NCBI GenBank assembly: GCA_044345405.1
Contig: JBIJBE010000084.1
Coordinates: 1-29,397, forward strand
Reading direction: 5' to 3'
DNA from: Bdellovibrionota bacterium
Lineage (GTDB): Bacteria > Bdellovibrionota_C > UBA2361 > OMII01
DNA length: 29,397 bases
The notes under the pieces are model-generated. The model was given only the letters and a program-made list of their open reading frames with translations, was not told the DNA's origin and did no database searches. The position numbers and the translations under genes are program-made. Each line of letters starts with the position of its first letter. Positions within the stretch are counted from its first letter, which is position 1. Positions 11,746-20,853 of this stretch are shown one piece after another.

Positions 11746-14700
11746 ATGCGCGTTCTTCGAGTAACGCTGCTGCTGTTGACCCTCTTGGTGTGCTTCGTAC
11801 CGAGGGTGTCGATGGCGTACCAATGCTGTCTCGTGCTCGATGAGAATGATAATCAGTGTTGGGGTGGTTCAGATTCCAACTCCGGAGGACCGTGCGATCC
11901 GCAGGATGGTACGCCTCAATGCGCGACGAACTGTTGGGGTGGGGGAGGCAGCGCCACCGCCACGCACACGAACACTCCCGCTGGCACTGCTACATCCACT
12001 CCAGCTGTTACCGCCACAGCGACATCGGCGAGCACCAATACAACTACTCCGACGACTGTTCCCACCGCGACCACACCAACGGCGGCAACAGCTACCGCCA
12101 CACAGGTAGCGACCGCGACTGCACCATCGACCGCAACTGCGACTGCACTCTCGACCGCGACCTCGACAGCACTATCGACCGCGACTGCCACGCCTCTGAT
12201 ACCCACCGCTACGCCGACGACGCTCGTTACCGCGACAGCAACTCTTTTGACAGCAACAGCAACGTCGACACGGACACATACACATACTCCAACCGTAACA
12301 GCCACGCCAACCGCTACGTGGAATTGTGGGACTTCAAGTGGGGACCTCTCCATCTTCGTCGCCAGTGTCACTGATGATGGGTTGTGGGGCGGCGGCTCTG
12401 GACTTGAGTCGATGCGGCAGACGTGCCAATCGCTCGCCGACGCGCGGGGATATACGGGAAGTTGGTATCCTCTTGTCTCTGACTCCACTTGGAACGCTCG
12501 TAACGTGACGGGCACCAGTGGAGCAGGCGCCATCTGGAACATGAACAGCCAAATCGTGTTCGCGGACCGGGCGACGATGTGGAGCGGCACCGCGCCGTCA
12601 TATTCGCTCGCTTACAAAGAGGATCGAACCTCATCCGGCTCGACGCAGGTATTCACCTCAACAACGTCGACTGGATATGTTACCTCTTCAACCTACACCT
12701 GCAGTGATTGGAAGAGCACATCCGGTAATACGTACTTAGGAGATCCTACCCTCAGCAAGGGTTGGATCGATGGGACGTATTCTCCCTACAATACGGCGGC
12801 GTGTACCGAGACAAAGTCGATCTACTGTATCGGTAACTACGTTCCTCCGACATTCACGCCCACCCCTACCAACACGCCACTTGTCACCAACACAGCGACG
12901 GCGCTCGCGACGAGCACGATAACCTTAACACCAACTTTAACCGCGACCGCGAGTCCTACGAGGACACCGACAGCTACGAGCACATTGACCGCGACGACGA
13001 CTGCGACCTCATCACCGATAGCAACCGCGACAGCGACCGCTCTCGCGACAGCAACGGCAACGCCATCGATTACTCCAACTCCGGCTGCACTCTGTATCAC
13101 TGACATGGAGTGGAATAGCCAGATGGATAGTTGTCCTGGAAGTGGTGGATACCATGCAGCAGGCCGTTGGTTCCCGTATATCACTTGGACCGGTGGGTCT
13201 CTCTATGCAACGGTCGGAGTGTACACAGACTCAAGTTGTACCACCCCAGCGACCAAGAATGGTGGTGGGAACGCGGTTGCTACTGACAACTCGACCGATG
13301 ACTACGACGCCACGCCGCGAATCTTTGAGTCCCTACACGATGATCTCTCCTGTCCGACGAGCGATGCGGCAGCGAGTTACATCGGAATCTCTGACGGCAC
13401 CCAGAGCATATGCGTCGCGTTCAATCTCGGCGTTGTCTCTCCTCCTATTTGTTTTGGAGCTCCCACCTCAACACCCACCGCAACTCCGACGACTACCCCG
13501 ACATCGACCCTCACGCAGACGTCGACGCCGACAAGCACCGTGACAGTAACGGCGACAGTAAGTCAAACGCCGACACCAACGGCAACGGTGACGGCTACTT
13601 CAACTCCAACCAGAACACCAACGGTTACGCCGACCGTAACTCAAACAGCCACGACAACATCAACATTAACTGCGACAGCGACGGCGACAGGGACTCCAAC
13701 GGTTACCCCGACGGTGACGCAGACATCAACGGCTACCTCTACCGCTACCAGCACCTCGACCGCTACCACCACCCCGACCGTAACCCCAACGGTCACACAG
13801 ACGCGAACGATGACGCCGACCGCGACCAGCACATCGACCGCCACGGCAACACCAACCGTAACGCCAACGGCGACTGCAACGACGACGTCGACCACCACAC
13901 CGACGGTAACGCAAACCGCAACGACTACACCGACGATGACGCCAACGGCGACCGCCACCACGACGCCGACCACCACCCCAACGGTCACGCAGACAGCAAC
14001 AACAACGCCGACGAGAACAGCGACTGCTACAGCGACCACTACGCCGACTACCACACCGACGGTAACGCAAACCGCGACGACAACGCCGACGATGACGCCA
14101 ACAGCGACCGCCACGACGACGCCGACCACCACACCGACCGTAACTCAAACCGCAACGGCGACAGCGACCACGACGCCAACCGCGACGGCTACTATGACGC
14201 CGACCACCACCGCGACGACGACACAGACCCCAACCTTGACGGCAACCTCCACCGCGACGGCAACCGCGACAACGACCCCAACTGTCACGCCAACGGTTAC
14301 GCACACTCCAACGACGACTCCAACGACAACCGCTACGCAGACAGCGACCAATACAGCAACCACCACACCGACCGTAACTCAAACGGCGACGGCTACAGCA
14401 ACGATGACGCCAACCGCGACGGCTACTACGACGCCGACCTCCACCCCGACGATGACGCAGACACCGACTACGACCGCAACCGCGACAGCTACCTCTACCC
14501 CGACAACGACCCCAACCATCACGCCAACGGTCACGCATACTCCAACGACGACGCCAACGAGAACCGCTACGCAGACAGCGACCAACACGGCAACTACCAC
14601 GCCGACCGTGACTCAAACGGCGACGGCGACAGCGACGATGACGCCGACCGCGACGGCTACTACGACGCCGACGACTACCGCGACGACGACACAGACCCCA

Positions 14701-17700
14701 ACCTTGACGGCAACCTCCACAGCGACGGCAACCGCGACAACGACCCCAACTGTCACGCCAACGGTTACGCACACTCCAACGACGACTCCAACGAGAACAG
14801 CTACGCAGACAGCGACCAACACAGCAACGACAACACCGACGTTAACTCAAACCGCGACGGCTTCAGCGACGATGACACCGACGGCGACGGCTACTACGAC
14901 GCCGACCACTACCGCGACGACGACACAGACCCCAACCTTGACGGCAACCTCCACAGCGACGGCAACAGCGACAACGACCCCAACTGTCACGCCAACGGTT
15001 ACGCACACTCCAACGACGACGCCAACGAGAACCGCTACGCAGACAGCGACCAACACAGCAACCACCACACCGACCGTAACTCAAACGGCGACGGCTACAG
15101 CAACGATGACGCCGACCGCGACGGCTACTACGACGCCGACCACTACGGCGACAACGACACAGACCCCAACCTTGACGGCAACCTCCACAGCGACGGCAAC
15201 CGCGACAACGACCCCAACTGTCACGCCAACGGTTACGCACACTCCAACGACGACTCCAACGAGAACAGCTACGCAGACAGCGACCAACACGGCAACGACA
15301 ACACCGACCGTAACTCACACGGCGACGGCTACGGCGACGATGACGCCGACCTCTAGCCAAACGATGACGCAGACTCCGACGACGACGGCAACCGCGACAG
15401 CTACCTCTACCGCCACAACCACCGCAACTGCTACGGTTACCCCTTCGGTCACACCAACGGTCACCAATACCCCATCGGCAACGGGAACAGCTACGGCAAC
15501 GGCCACATCAGCCAACACTCCCACGACCACGCCGACGGTCACCTTCACGCCCACCATGACCGCGACCGTTACGTCCACGAACACGGCAACGACGACACCA
15601 ACGACAACGTCGACCGTCACTAACACCGCTACACCAACTACTACCCCAACGGTGACACCGTCAGTAACTGAAACTCCGACCGCCACACCGACCGTCACCA
15701 ACACGGTGACTCCAACAACGAGTCCAACGATAACGGCTACCGTGACGCAAACTCCAACCCATACAGCGACCCTAACTAGCACCGCGACGGCCAGCGCGAC
15801 TCCAACGGTAACGCCGACCGTCACGCTCACCGTAACTCAGACCGCGACTCAAACCGCGACCAGCACCGGCACGACTTCCGCCACGCATACGAGCACCGCG
15901 ACCGCTACGACGACACCGACCGTGACCTCGACCGTTACCGAAACCGCAACGGCAACACCAACGGTGACAAGCACCGCAACCGACACTACAACACCGACCT
16001 CGACGGCAACGGTGACCACTACCCCAACAGCCACTGTGACGGTGACGAGAACCGAGACCCCAACGACGACACCGACGGTGACCGCGACGGTCACTACCAC
16101 CCCGACAACCCCTGCGACCGTAACCAACACCGCGACCACTACGCCAACAGAGACGGCCACCGTGACACCGACGGCAACATCAACTCCGACGCGAACCAGC
16201 ACCGCGACACCGACCGAGACGTCGACGGTAACACCGACCCTTACTCAAACACCGACAATGACCGCTACCGTAACAAGCACGGCCACCGCCACGAGCACAC
16301 CAACGACAACGACCACCGTGACTCAAACGGCAACCATGACCGGTACCACCACCAGTACGGCCACAGCTACCGCCACTCCAACCATGACCGCGACGATGAC
16401 CCAGAGCTCCACGGCAACACCAACCGTCACGAATACGGTAACGGCTACGACCACACCAACCCATACGCCGACCGTCACAAACACGATCACCATGACCCCA
16501 ACGGAGACAAGTACCGCGACACCAACGCATACGCCGACCGCTTCTCGAACCACAACCGCTACCGCGACGCCGAGCACGACCCCTACCTCAACCGCATCGG
16601 CAACGAACACCGCTACGGTAACGCCTACAGCGACGGCTACGGCGACTGGCACGACGACGGCGACTATAACCGCGAGTGTCACGGCGACCGCCACATCGAC
16701 GAGTACGGCGACGCTCACGCCAACGACCTCGCCGACCGTCACTACTACCGCGACTACGACCGCGACCGAGACGGCTACGAGTACGGCAACAATGACAGCG
16801 ACGTCGACGTCGACCTCAACCGCCACGCCGACTCGAACCCCAACCAGCACCCCAACTGAATCGCCAACTATTACAACGACGGTGACCGTCACCGCGACGA
16901 TCACACCAACCGTATCGCCGACCTCGACGTTCACGCCGACTCATACGCCGACGCAGACCGCCACCATGACAGCAAGTCAGACCGCTACAGAGACCGCAAC
17001 GGTTACCCCGACATCTACCGCGACGGACACAGCGACCCTTACCGCGACGGTGACCTCAACGCCGACCCAGAACCCCACCATTACCGCGACCGCGAGCGCT
17101 ACCTCAACTGACACACCGACCGTCAGCCCTACTGTCACTCTTACTCAGACAGCAACGGCGACCCCGACCGAGACTCCGACTCGCACTCCTTCGGCAACGG
17201 CGACAACCACACCTACTGTGACGGCGACTACTACGAACACCGCGACGCCAACGATGACCGCGACTGTGACGACAACGCCAACGGTTACGTCGACCGTGAC
17301 AAGCACGGCAACCTCTACCGCCACTCCAACGGTTACCGCGACTCAAACGGCGACCAGTACGAGCACCTCTACCGCGACTGTCACCGCTACCACCACTAAT
17401 ACGCCATCGGTCACTGCAACCTCGACCGAAACCGCCACCCCCACGGTGACAAGTACCAATACACCAACTCGGTCACCAACCCCGACACCGACGGATACAT
17501 CGACGCGAACGGCGACCGCGACCGCTACTGAAACGTCGACGGTAACACCAACTCAAACAGCAACGTCGACGGTAACGACTACCGTGACACCGACAGTGAC
17601 ATCAACCTCGACACTCACTCCGACCCTGACCTCAACGTCAACGGCGACCTCCACAGGAACGGCCACGAGCACTCAAACGCCAACGGTGACGGCGACCGCT

Positions 17701-19509
17701 ACCTCGACCTCGACCGAAACCCCAACGTCCACAAGTGCGCCAACTATCACCTCTACCACAACTACTACACCTACAACGACGCCGACCGCGACAAGTACGA
17801 ACACTCCAACGGTGACAGCTACCTCAACAGAGAGCCCAACGGTAACCGCGACCCTAACCGCGACGCCGACGACGACGGGCACGAGTACGAGCACGCCAAC
17901 AATGACCGTGACGGAGACGGCGACCACCACCGCCACCAGCACAAGTTCCGCCACTGTGACCCCAACGCTCACCGCCACGGAAACATCCACGTCAACCTCA
18001 ACCGTGACCGTTACGCCGACCACTACGACAACGAGCACGGCGACCACCACCTGGACGCCAACGGTAACACCATCGGTGACGGAGACTCCAACGACAACAG
18101 CGACACCAACGCCGAGTGCCACGCTCACGGCAACGGCGACACCTACGAGTTCAGCGACTCAAACCGCGAGCGCGACGGCAACGAGCACCGCTACCCTCAC
18201 ATCGACGTCGACCGCAACTGTGACATCTACGGCGACGAGTTCACCGACGGAAACCCCAACGTCGAGCCCGACAAACACGCCGACACCAACCGCCACCTCG
18301 ACCACCACACCAACGATGACATTAACCGCGACCACGACGCCGACGGTTACCCCAACCAGCACCCGAACGTCGACCCCGACCGCCAGCTCGACTCCAACCC
18401 CTGGACCTACGAACACAGCGACGGTCACGCCGACTGTGACGCCAACGGCGACGATTACGGCGACGCCGACAGAGAGCGCCACGCCGACCGTGACTCCACC
18501 GGTAAGCATCGTGAACTACCAGGTGCGCATCGCCGAGACGCCGATCGCCGGAATTCCGGTGATGGTGAACGCTGAGTCTCAAGTCACGGACGATAACGGT
18601 TCTATCGCTGTGTCGATGGACGCTGGTAGTTACTACGCTATCTCGTCGGGTCTCTCGGCGGTAACCTTCGAATCGCTCTACGACAGTGGAGCGAGCTTCA
18701 TCAGTCGCGGAGATAAGGTCATCGATGCTACTCGGCTTGTGTCGGTGGGCGGACCAGCATGTCGAATCCTGGTTGGCTCGGTGCCGAGTATCTACTTCAC
18801 GACGGTAAACCAGACCGATATGACCCACACCGTCTCCCTCGACTACAAGGTAAACCGCATGTACTCGGTAACTGGCGGCGCTACTCCTCCAGACTACTTC
18901 GCGCCGGGCACGAGCGGGTTCGCGGTGCCAGAGGTTGAGTTCACTCAGGACGGAACGTTGACCGGTGTATGGAGCTTCCTGGGTCAACGTGTCAGCGTAT
19001 CAAGTGATCTCAATATGTGCGCCGATACCGGCGTTCCGGTCCAATGCTCGATCGTTACGAAGACAGCGCTGCGCGCTCCTATCGACTACGCTCGGGCTGT
19101 CGTTATTCGGTTCACGAAGTTGGCGACCTCACTGGCTAAGAAGGGGCTATTGAAGAAATCGCAAGGTAGCTCCGCGATAACGTTCTACGGACGCGGGGCC
19201 TCGATTCTCGCCGCCATGCAGCAGGCGTTGGCGCCGGCCATGAACGGCACGGCCTATGTCTGCGATGCGCAACCAGTATCCTCGTGTAAGGTGCTCTCGC
19301 TGAAGTCCTTCAAGGTCACAGCTCAACGAAACTTCTCTCGTCTGTTCGCCAAGCCGATACCAAAGGGCTTTGAATCCATGGTTGCGGCCGGGCCTCAAGA
19401 GGGGCGAATGTTCAAGTCGAAATTCCTCGATAAGCTTCCAGGTGAGGTCTGGATCTGTCCAGACGGCGTCAACCCTTCGACCCCGCAGTTGAGGCAACCC
19501 TCGTTCTAA
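11746..19509 (+). CDS. Giant secreted Thr-rich repeat protein B: signal peptide, Cys-rich head, DUF1554/endostatin-like domain, second Cys domain, about 1680-aa Thr-Xaa stalk, conserved C-terminal region
   Basis: The supplied ORF starts at TTG 11593. The in-frame ATG at 11746 gives a Sec-type signal peptide, MRVLRVTLLLLTLLVCFVPRVSMA|YQCC, although no clear SD precedes it. The C-terminal region 18499..19509 is about 88% aa-identical to A (about 38 differences counted by eye). Confidence 0.88.
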   Translation: MRVLRVTLLLLTLLVCFVPRVSMAYQCCLVLDENDNQCWGGSDSNSGGPCDPQDGTPQCATNCWGGGGSATATHTNTPAGTATSTPAVTATATSASTNTTTPTTVPTATTPTAATATATQVATATAPSTATATALSTATSTALSTATATPLIPTATPTTLVTATATLLTATATSTRTHTHTPTVTATPTATWNCGTSSGDLSIFVASVTDDGLWGGGSGLESMRQTCQSLADARGYTGSWYPLVSDSTWNARNVTGTSGAGAIWNMNSQIVFADRATMWSGTAPSYSLAYKEDRTSSGSTQVFTSTTSTGYVTSSTYTCSDWKSTSGNTYLGDPTLSKGWIDGTYSPYNTAACTETKSIYCIGNYVPPTFTPTPTNTPLVTNTATALATSTITLTPTLTATASPTRTPTATSTLTATTTATSSPIATATATALATATATPSITPTPAALCITDMEWNSQMDSCPGSGGYHAAGRWFPYITWTGGSLYATVGVYTDSSCTTPATKNGGGNAVATDNSTDDYDATPRIFESLHDDLSCPTSDAAASYIGISDGTQSICVAFNLGVVSPPICFGAPTSTPTATPTTTPTSTLTQTSTPTSTVTVTATVSQTPTPTATVTATSTPTRTPTVTPTVTQTATTTSTLTATATATGTPTVTPTVTQTSTATSTATSTSTATTTPTVTPTVTQTRTMTPTATSTSTATATPTVTPTATATTTSTTTPTVTQTATTTPTMTPTATATTTPTTTPTVTQTATTTPTRTATATATTTPTTTPTVTQTATTTPTMTPTATATTTPTTTPTVTQTATATATTTPTATATMTPTTTATTTQTPTLTATSTATATATTTPTVTPTVTHTPTTTPTTTATQTATNTATTTPTVTQTATATATMTPTATATTTPTSTPTMTQTPTTTATATATSTPTTTPTITPTVTHTPTTTPTRTATQTATNTATTTPTVTQTATATATMTPTATATTTPTTTATTTQTPTLTATSTATATATTTPTVTPTVTHTPTTTPTRTATQTATNTATTTPTLTQTATASATMTPTATATTTPTTTATTTQTPTLTATSTATATATTTPTVTPTVTHTPTTTPTRTATQTATNTATTTPTVTQTATATATMTPTATATTTPTTTATTTQTPTLTATSTATATATTTPTVTPTVTHTPTTTPTRTATQTATNTATTTPTVTHTATATATMTPTSSQTMTQTPTTTATATATSTATTTATATVTPSVTPTVTNTPSATGTATATATSANTPTTTPTVTFTPTMTATVTSTNTATTTPTTTSTVTNTATPTTTPTVTPSVTETPTATPTVTNTVTPTTSPTITATVTQTPTHTATLTSTATASATPTVTPTVTLTVTQTATQTATSTGTTSATHTSTATATTTPTVTSTVTETATATPTVTSTATDTTTPTSTATVTTTPTATVTVTRTETPTTTPTVTATVTTTPTTPATVTNTATTTPTETATVTPTATSTPTRTSTATPTETSTVTPTLTQTPTMTATVTSTATATSTPTTTTTVTQTATMTGTTTSTATATATPTMTATMTQSSTATPTVTNTVTATTTPTHTPTVTNTITMTPTETSTATPTHTPTASRTTTATATPSTTPTSTASATNTATVTPTATATATGTTTATITASVTATATSTSTATLTPTTSPTVTTTATTTATETATSTATMTATSTSTSTATPTRTPTSTPTESPTITTTVTVTATITPTVSPTSTFTPTHTPTQTATMTASQTATETATVTPTSTATDTATLTATVTSTPTQNPTITATASATSTDTPTVSPTVTLTQTATATPTETPTRTPSATATTTPTVTATTTNTATPTMTATVTTTPTVTSTVTSTATSTATPTVTATQTATSTSTSTATVTATTTNTPSVTATSTETATPTVTSTNTPTRSPTPTPTDTSTRTATATATETSTVTPTQTATSTVTTTVTPTVTSTSTLTPTLTSTSTATSTGTATSTQTPTVTATATSTSTETPTSTSAPTITSTTTTTPTTTPTATSTNTPTVTATSTESPTVTATLTATPTTTGTSTSTPTMTVTETATTTATSTSSATVTPTLTATETSTSTSTVTVTPTTTTTSTATTTWTPTVTPSVTETPTTTATPTPSATLTATATPTSSATQTASATATSTATLTSTSTATVTSTATSSPTETPTSSPTNTPTPTATSTTTPTMTLTATTTPTVTPTSTRTSTPTASSTPTPGPTNTATVTPTVTPTATITATPTESATPTVTPPVSIVNYQVRIAETPIAGIPVMVNAESQVTDDNGSIAVSMDAGSYYAISSGLSAVTFESLYDSGASFISRGDKVIDATRLVSVGGPACRILVGSVPSIYFTTVNQTDMTHTVSLDYKVNRMYSVTGGATPPDYFAPGTSGFAVPEVEFTQDGTLTGVWSFLGQRVSVSSDLNMCADTGVPVQCSIVTKTALRAPIDYARAVVIRFTKLATSLAKKGLLKKSQGSSAITFYGRGASILAAMQQALAPAMNGTAYVCDAQPVSSCKVLSLKSFKVTAQRNFSRLFAKPIPKGFESMVAAGPQEGRMFKSKFLDKLPGEVWICPDGVNPSTPQLRQPSF
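12346..12834 (+). other. Endostatin-like / DUF1554-type domain within protein B
   Basis: The pattern IFV...GLWGG..G......CQ..A......G.W..LVSD ... CSDW.S ... W ... C....SIYCI matches my recollection of DUF1554 (Leptospira Len-like) domains. Not confirmed by HMM. Confidence 0.7.
13906..15345 (+). repeat. Three 78-bp units followed by five 234-bp units in protein B
   Basis: VTQ at 13906, 13984, 14062. The 234-bp units start at 14140, 14374, 14608, 14842, 15076, with a partial unit at 15310. Confidence 0.88.
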
Positions 19510-19554
19510 AAACAGGGGGGCGTTCGAAGCCTCGATCTCAGTCACACTAGCTGA

Positions 19555-20790
19555 ATGTCACGCTTCCTCCGCTCAAGTTGCTCGCTTATCGTGTGCGCAT
19601 TAGCCATGGCGACGCCGCTTTTCGCGCAAGAACCCCCGAATGTTGAGGAGGTCGTCCTGGCTGACCCTGAGGAGCACCTACTCGGCGATCTGGGACGCGG
19701 AAAGCTTGAGGAGGAGGGGATCCGTATAGAGCTCTTCGCCCTGCACGACTTCTGGGCAGATGTCGCTGGTGGACTCTCTCGAGGCGGGGGCGTCATGGGA
19801 AACACGAACCTGATTGTGAGCCTCGATACCGCGAAGATGGGCTGGTGGGAGGACGGCGCTATCGTTCTCTGGGGGATAGGTGTGTATGGACGGAGAGCGT
19901 CGAAGGTCGTTGGAGACTTTCAGTACACAAGTAGCATCGACGCCCCGGACTCTGTGGAGTTCTATGAGGGCTACTACGAACACTCGTTTTTGGATGGGTC
20001 CCTCGATGTTTTAGCGGGCATTCACGATTTTACACTGGAGTTCGCGATCCTCGATTACGCGTACACGCTGATCAATAGCTCCTTCATGACCCCTCCAACG
20101 ATCACCCAGTATACCTTTTCATTCTATCCGACCACCGGTCTGGGAACTCGAGCTTCCGTTAAGTTTACCGATCAGATCTACGGACTAGTGGGCGCCTATG
20201 ACGCCGAGCCGTCGAGCCTCACCGACCCTCGTGAACGAAATTGGGAGATCAGCAAGCGGGAAGGGATATATTCCATCGCCGAAATAGGGTGGAATGAGGT
20301 GGATACAAAGAAACCCCACATGAAGGTGGCCCTCGGAGCCTGGTTTAATTCGGGAACGTTTATTGATTCCGTCGGACAGGAACATACCGGCAATTACGGC
20401 ACCTATCTGCTCGCCGAGCGACAGCTGTGGCAAGAGGTAGAGGGGCAACAGCAGGGAGTAGGGATGTTCCTTCAGGTGAGCCAAGCTCGTGATGATCGCA
20501 ATACCTGCCCTTGGTACTACGGCGCGGGCCTTTCCTATACCGGTATTATCCCAGGGCGTGATGAGGATGTCGCCGCGTTCGGCATCGCGCAGGCCCTCTT
20601 TAGCTCAGAATTTAAAGAATACTATGACACAGACAACGCGAGCGAGCAGGTATGGGAGTTGAACTACCGAATACGAGTTCTCTCCTCGACCACCATAACC
20701 CCTGACGTGCAGTACGTGATAAACCCGTACGCCAATCCAGACGCTCAGGACGCCTTGGTCCTCTATCTTCGCACGGAGGTAGCGCTGTAA
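19555..20790 (+). CDS. Carbohydrate-selective porin, OprB family
   Basis: Signal peptide (…LAMATPLFA). Family-like motifs: G+RG.LEE.GI, LDT.K.GWW, GL.Y.GIIPGRDED..AFG, E.V.ELNYRI, ITPDVQYVINP, and a terminal beta-strand. Confidence 0.85.
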   Translation: MSRFLRSSCSLIVCALAMATPLFAQEPPNVEEVVLADPEEHLLGDLGRGKLEEEGIRIELFALHDFWADVAGGLSRGGGVMGNTNLIVSLDTAKMGWWEDGAIVLWGIGVYGRRASKVVGDFQYTSSIDAPDSVEFYEGYYEHSFLDGSLDVLAGIHDFTLEFAILDYAYTLINSSFMTPPTITQYTFSFYPTTGLGTRASVKFTDQIYGLVGAYDAEPSSLTDPRERNWEISKREGIYSIAEIGWNEVDTKKPHMKVALGAWFNSGTFIDSVGQEHTGNYGTYLLAERQLWQEVEGQQQGVGMFLQVSQARDDRNTCPWYYGAGLSYTGIIPGRDEDVAAFGIAQALFSSEFKEYYDTDNASEQVWELNYRIRVLSSTTITPDVQYVINPYANPDAQDALVLYLRTEVAL

Positions 20791-20817
20791 GGGGAGGGCG
20801 CTGGCGCGACGATAGGC

Positions 20818-20846
20818 AAAAAAACGGGGCCCAGAGGGCCCCGTTT
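20818..20846 (-). terminator. Intrinsic terminator of typA (possibly bidirectional)
   Basis: AAACGGGGCCC-AGA-GGGCCCCGTTT inverted repeat. The A7 run at 20818-20824 gives a U-tract on the minus strand. It lies between the convergent porin and typA genes. Confidence 0.85.
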
Positions 20847-20853
20847 GCTGTTC

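Noticed and set aside
13410-15356. 648-aa Asp/Asn/His-rich ORF overlapping gene B in another frame
   Set aside because: Shifted reading of ACN codons yields NAC codons and almost no stops, so a long open frame is expected. No independent start signals.
1473-18509. Dozens of minus-strand Val/Ala/Gly-rich and Arg/Gly/Cys-rich ORFs
   Set aside because: Antisense shadows of ACN-rich codons; they repeat with the 234-bp period of the real genes.
9601-19509. Diversity-generating retroelement TR/VR pair (given the lectin-like domain and near-duplicate tails)
   Set aside because: Differences between copies are not adenine-specific, both copies are coding, and there is no reverse transcriptase in the window.
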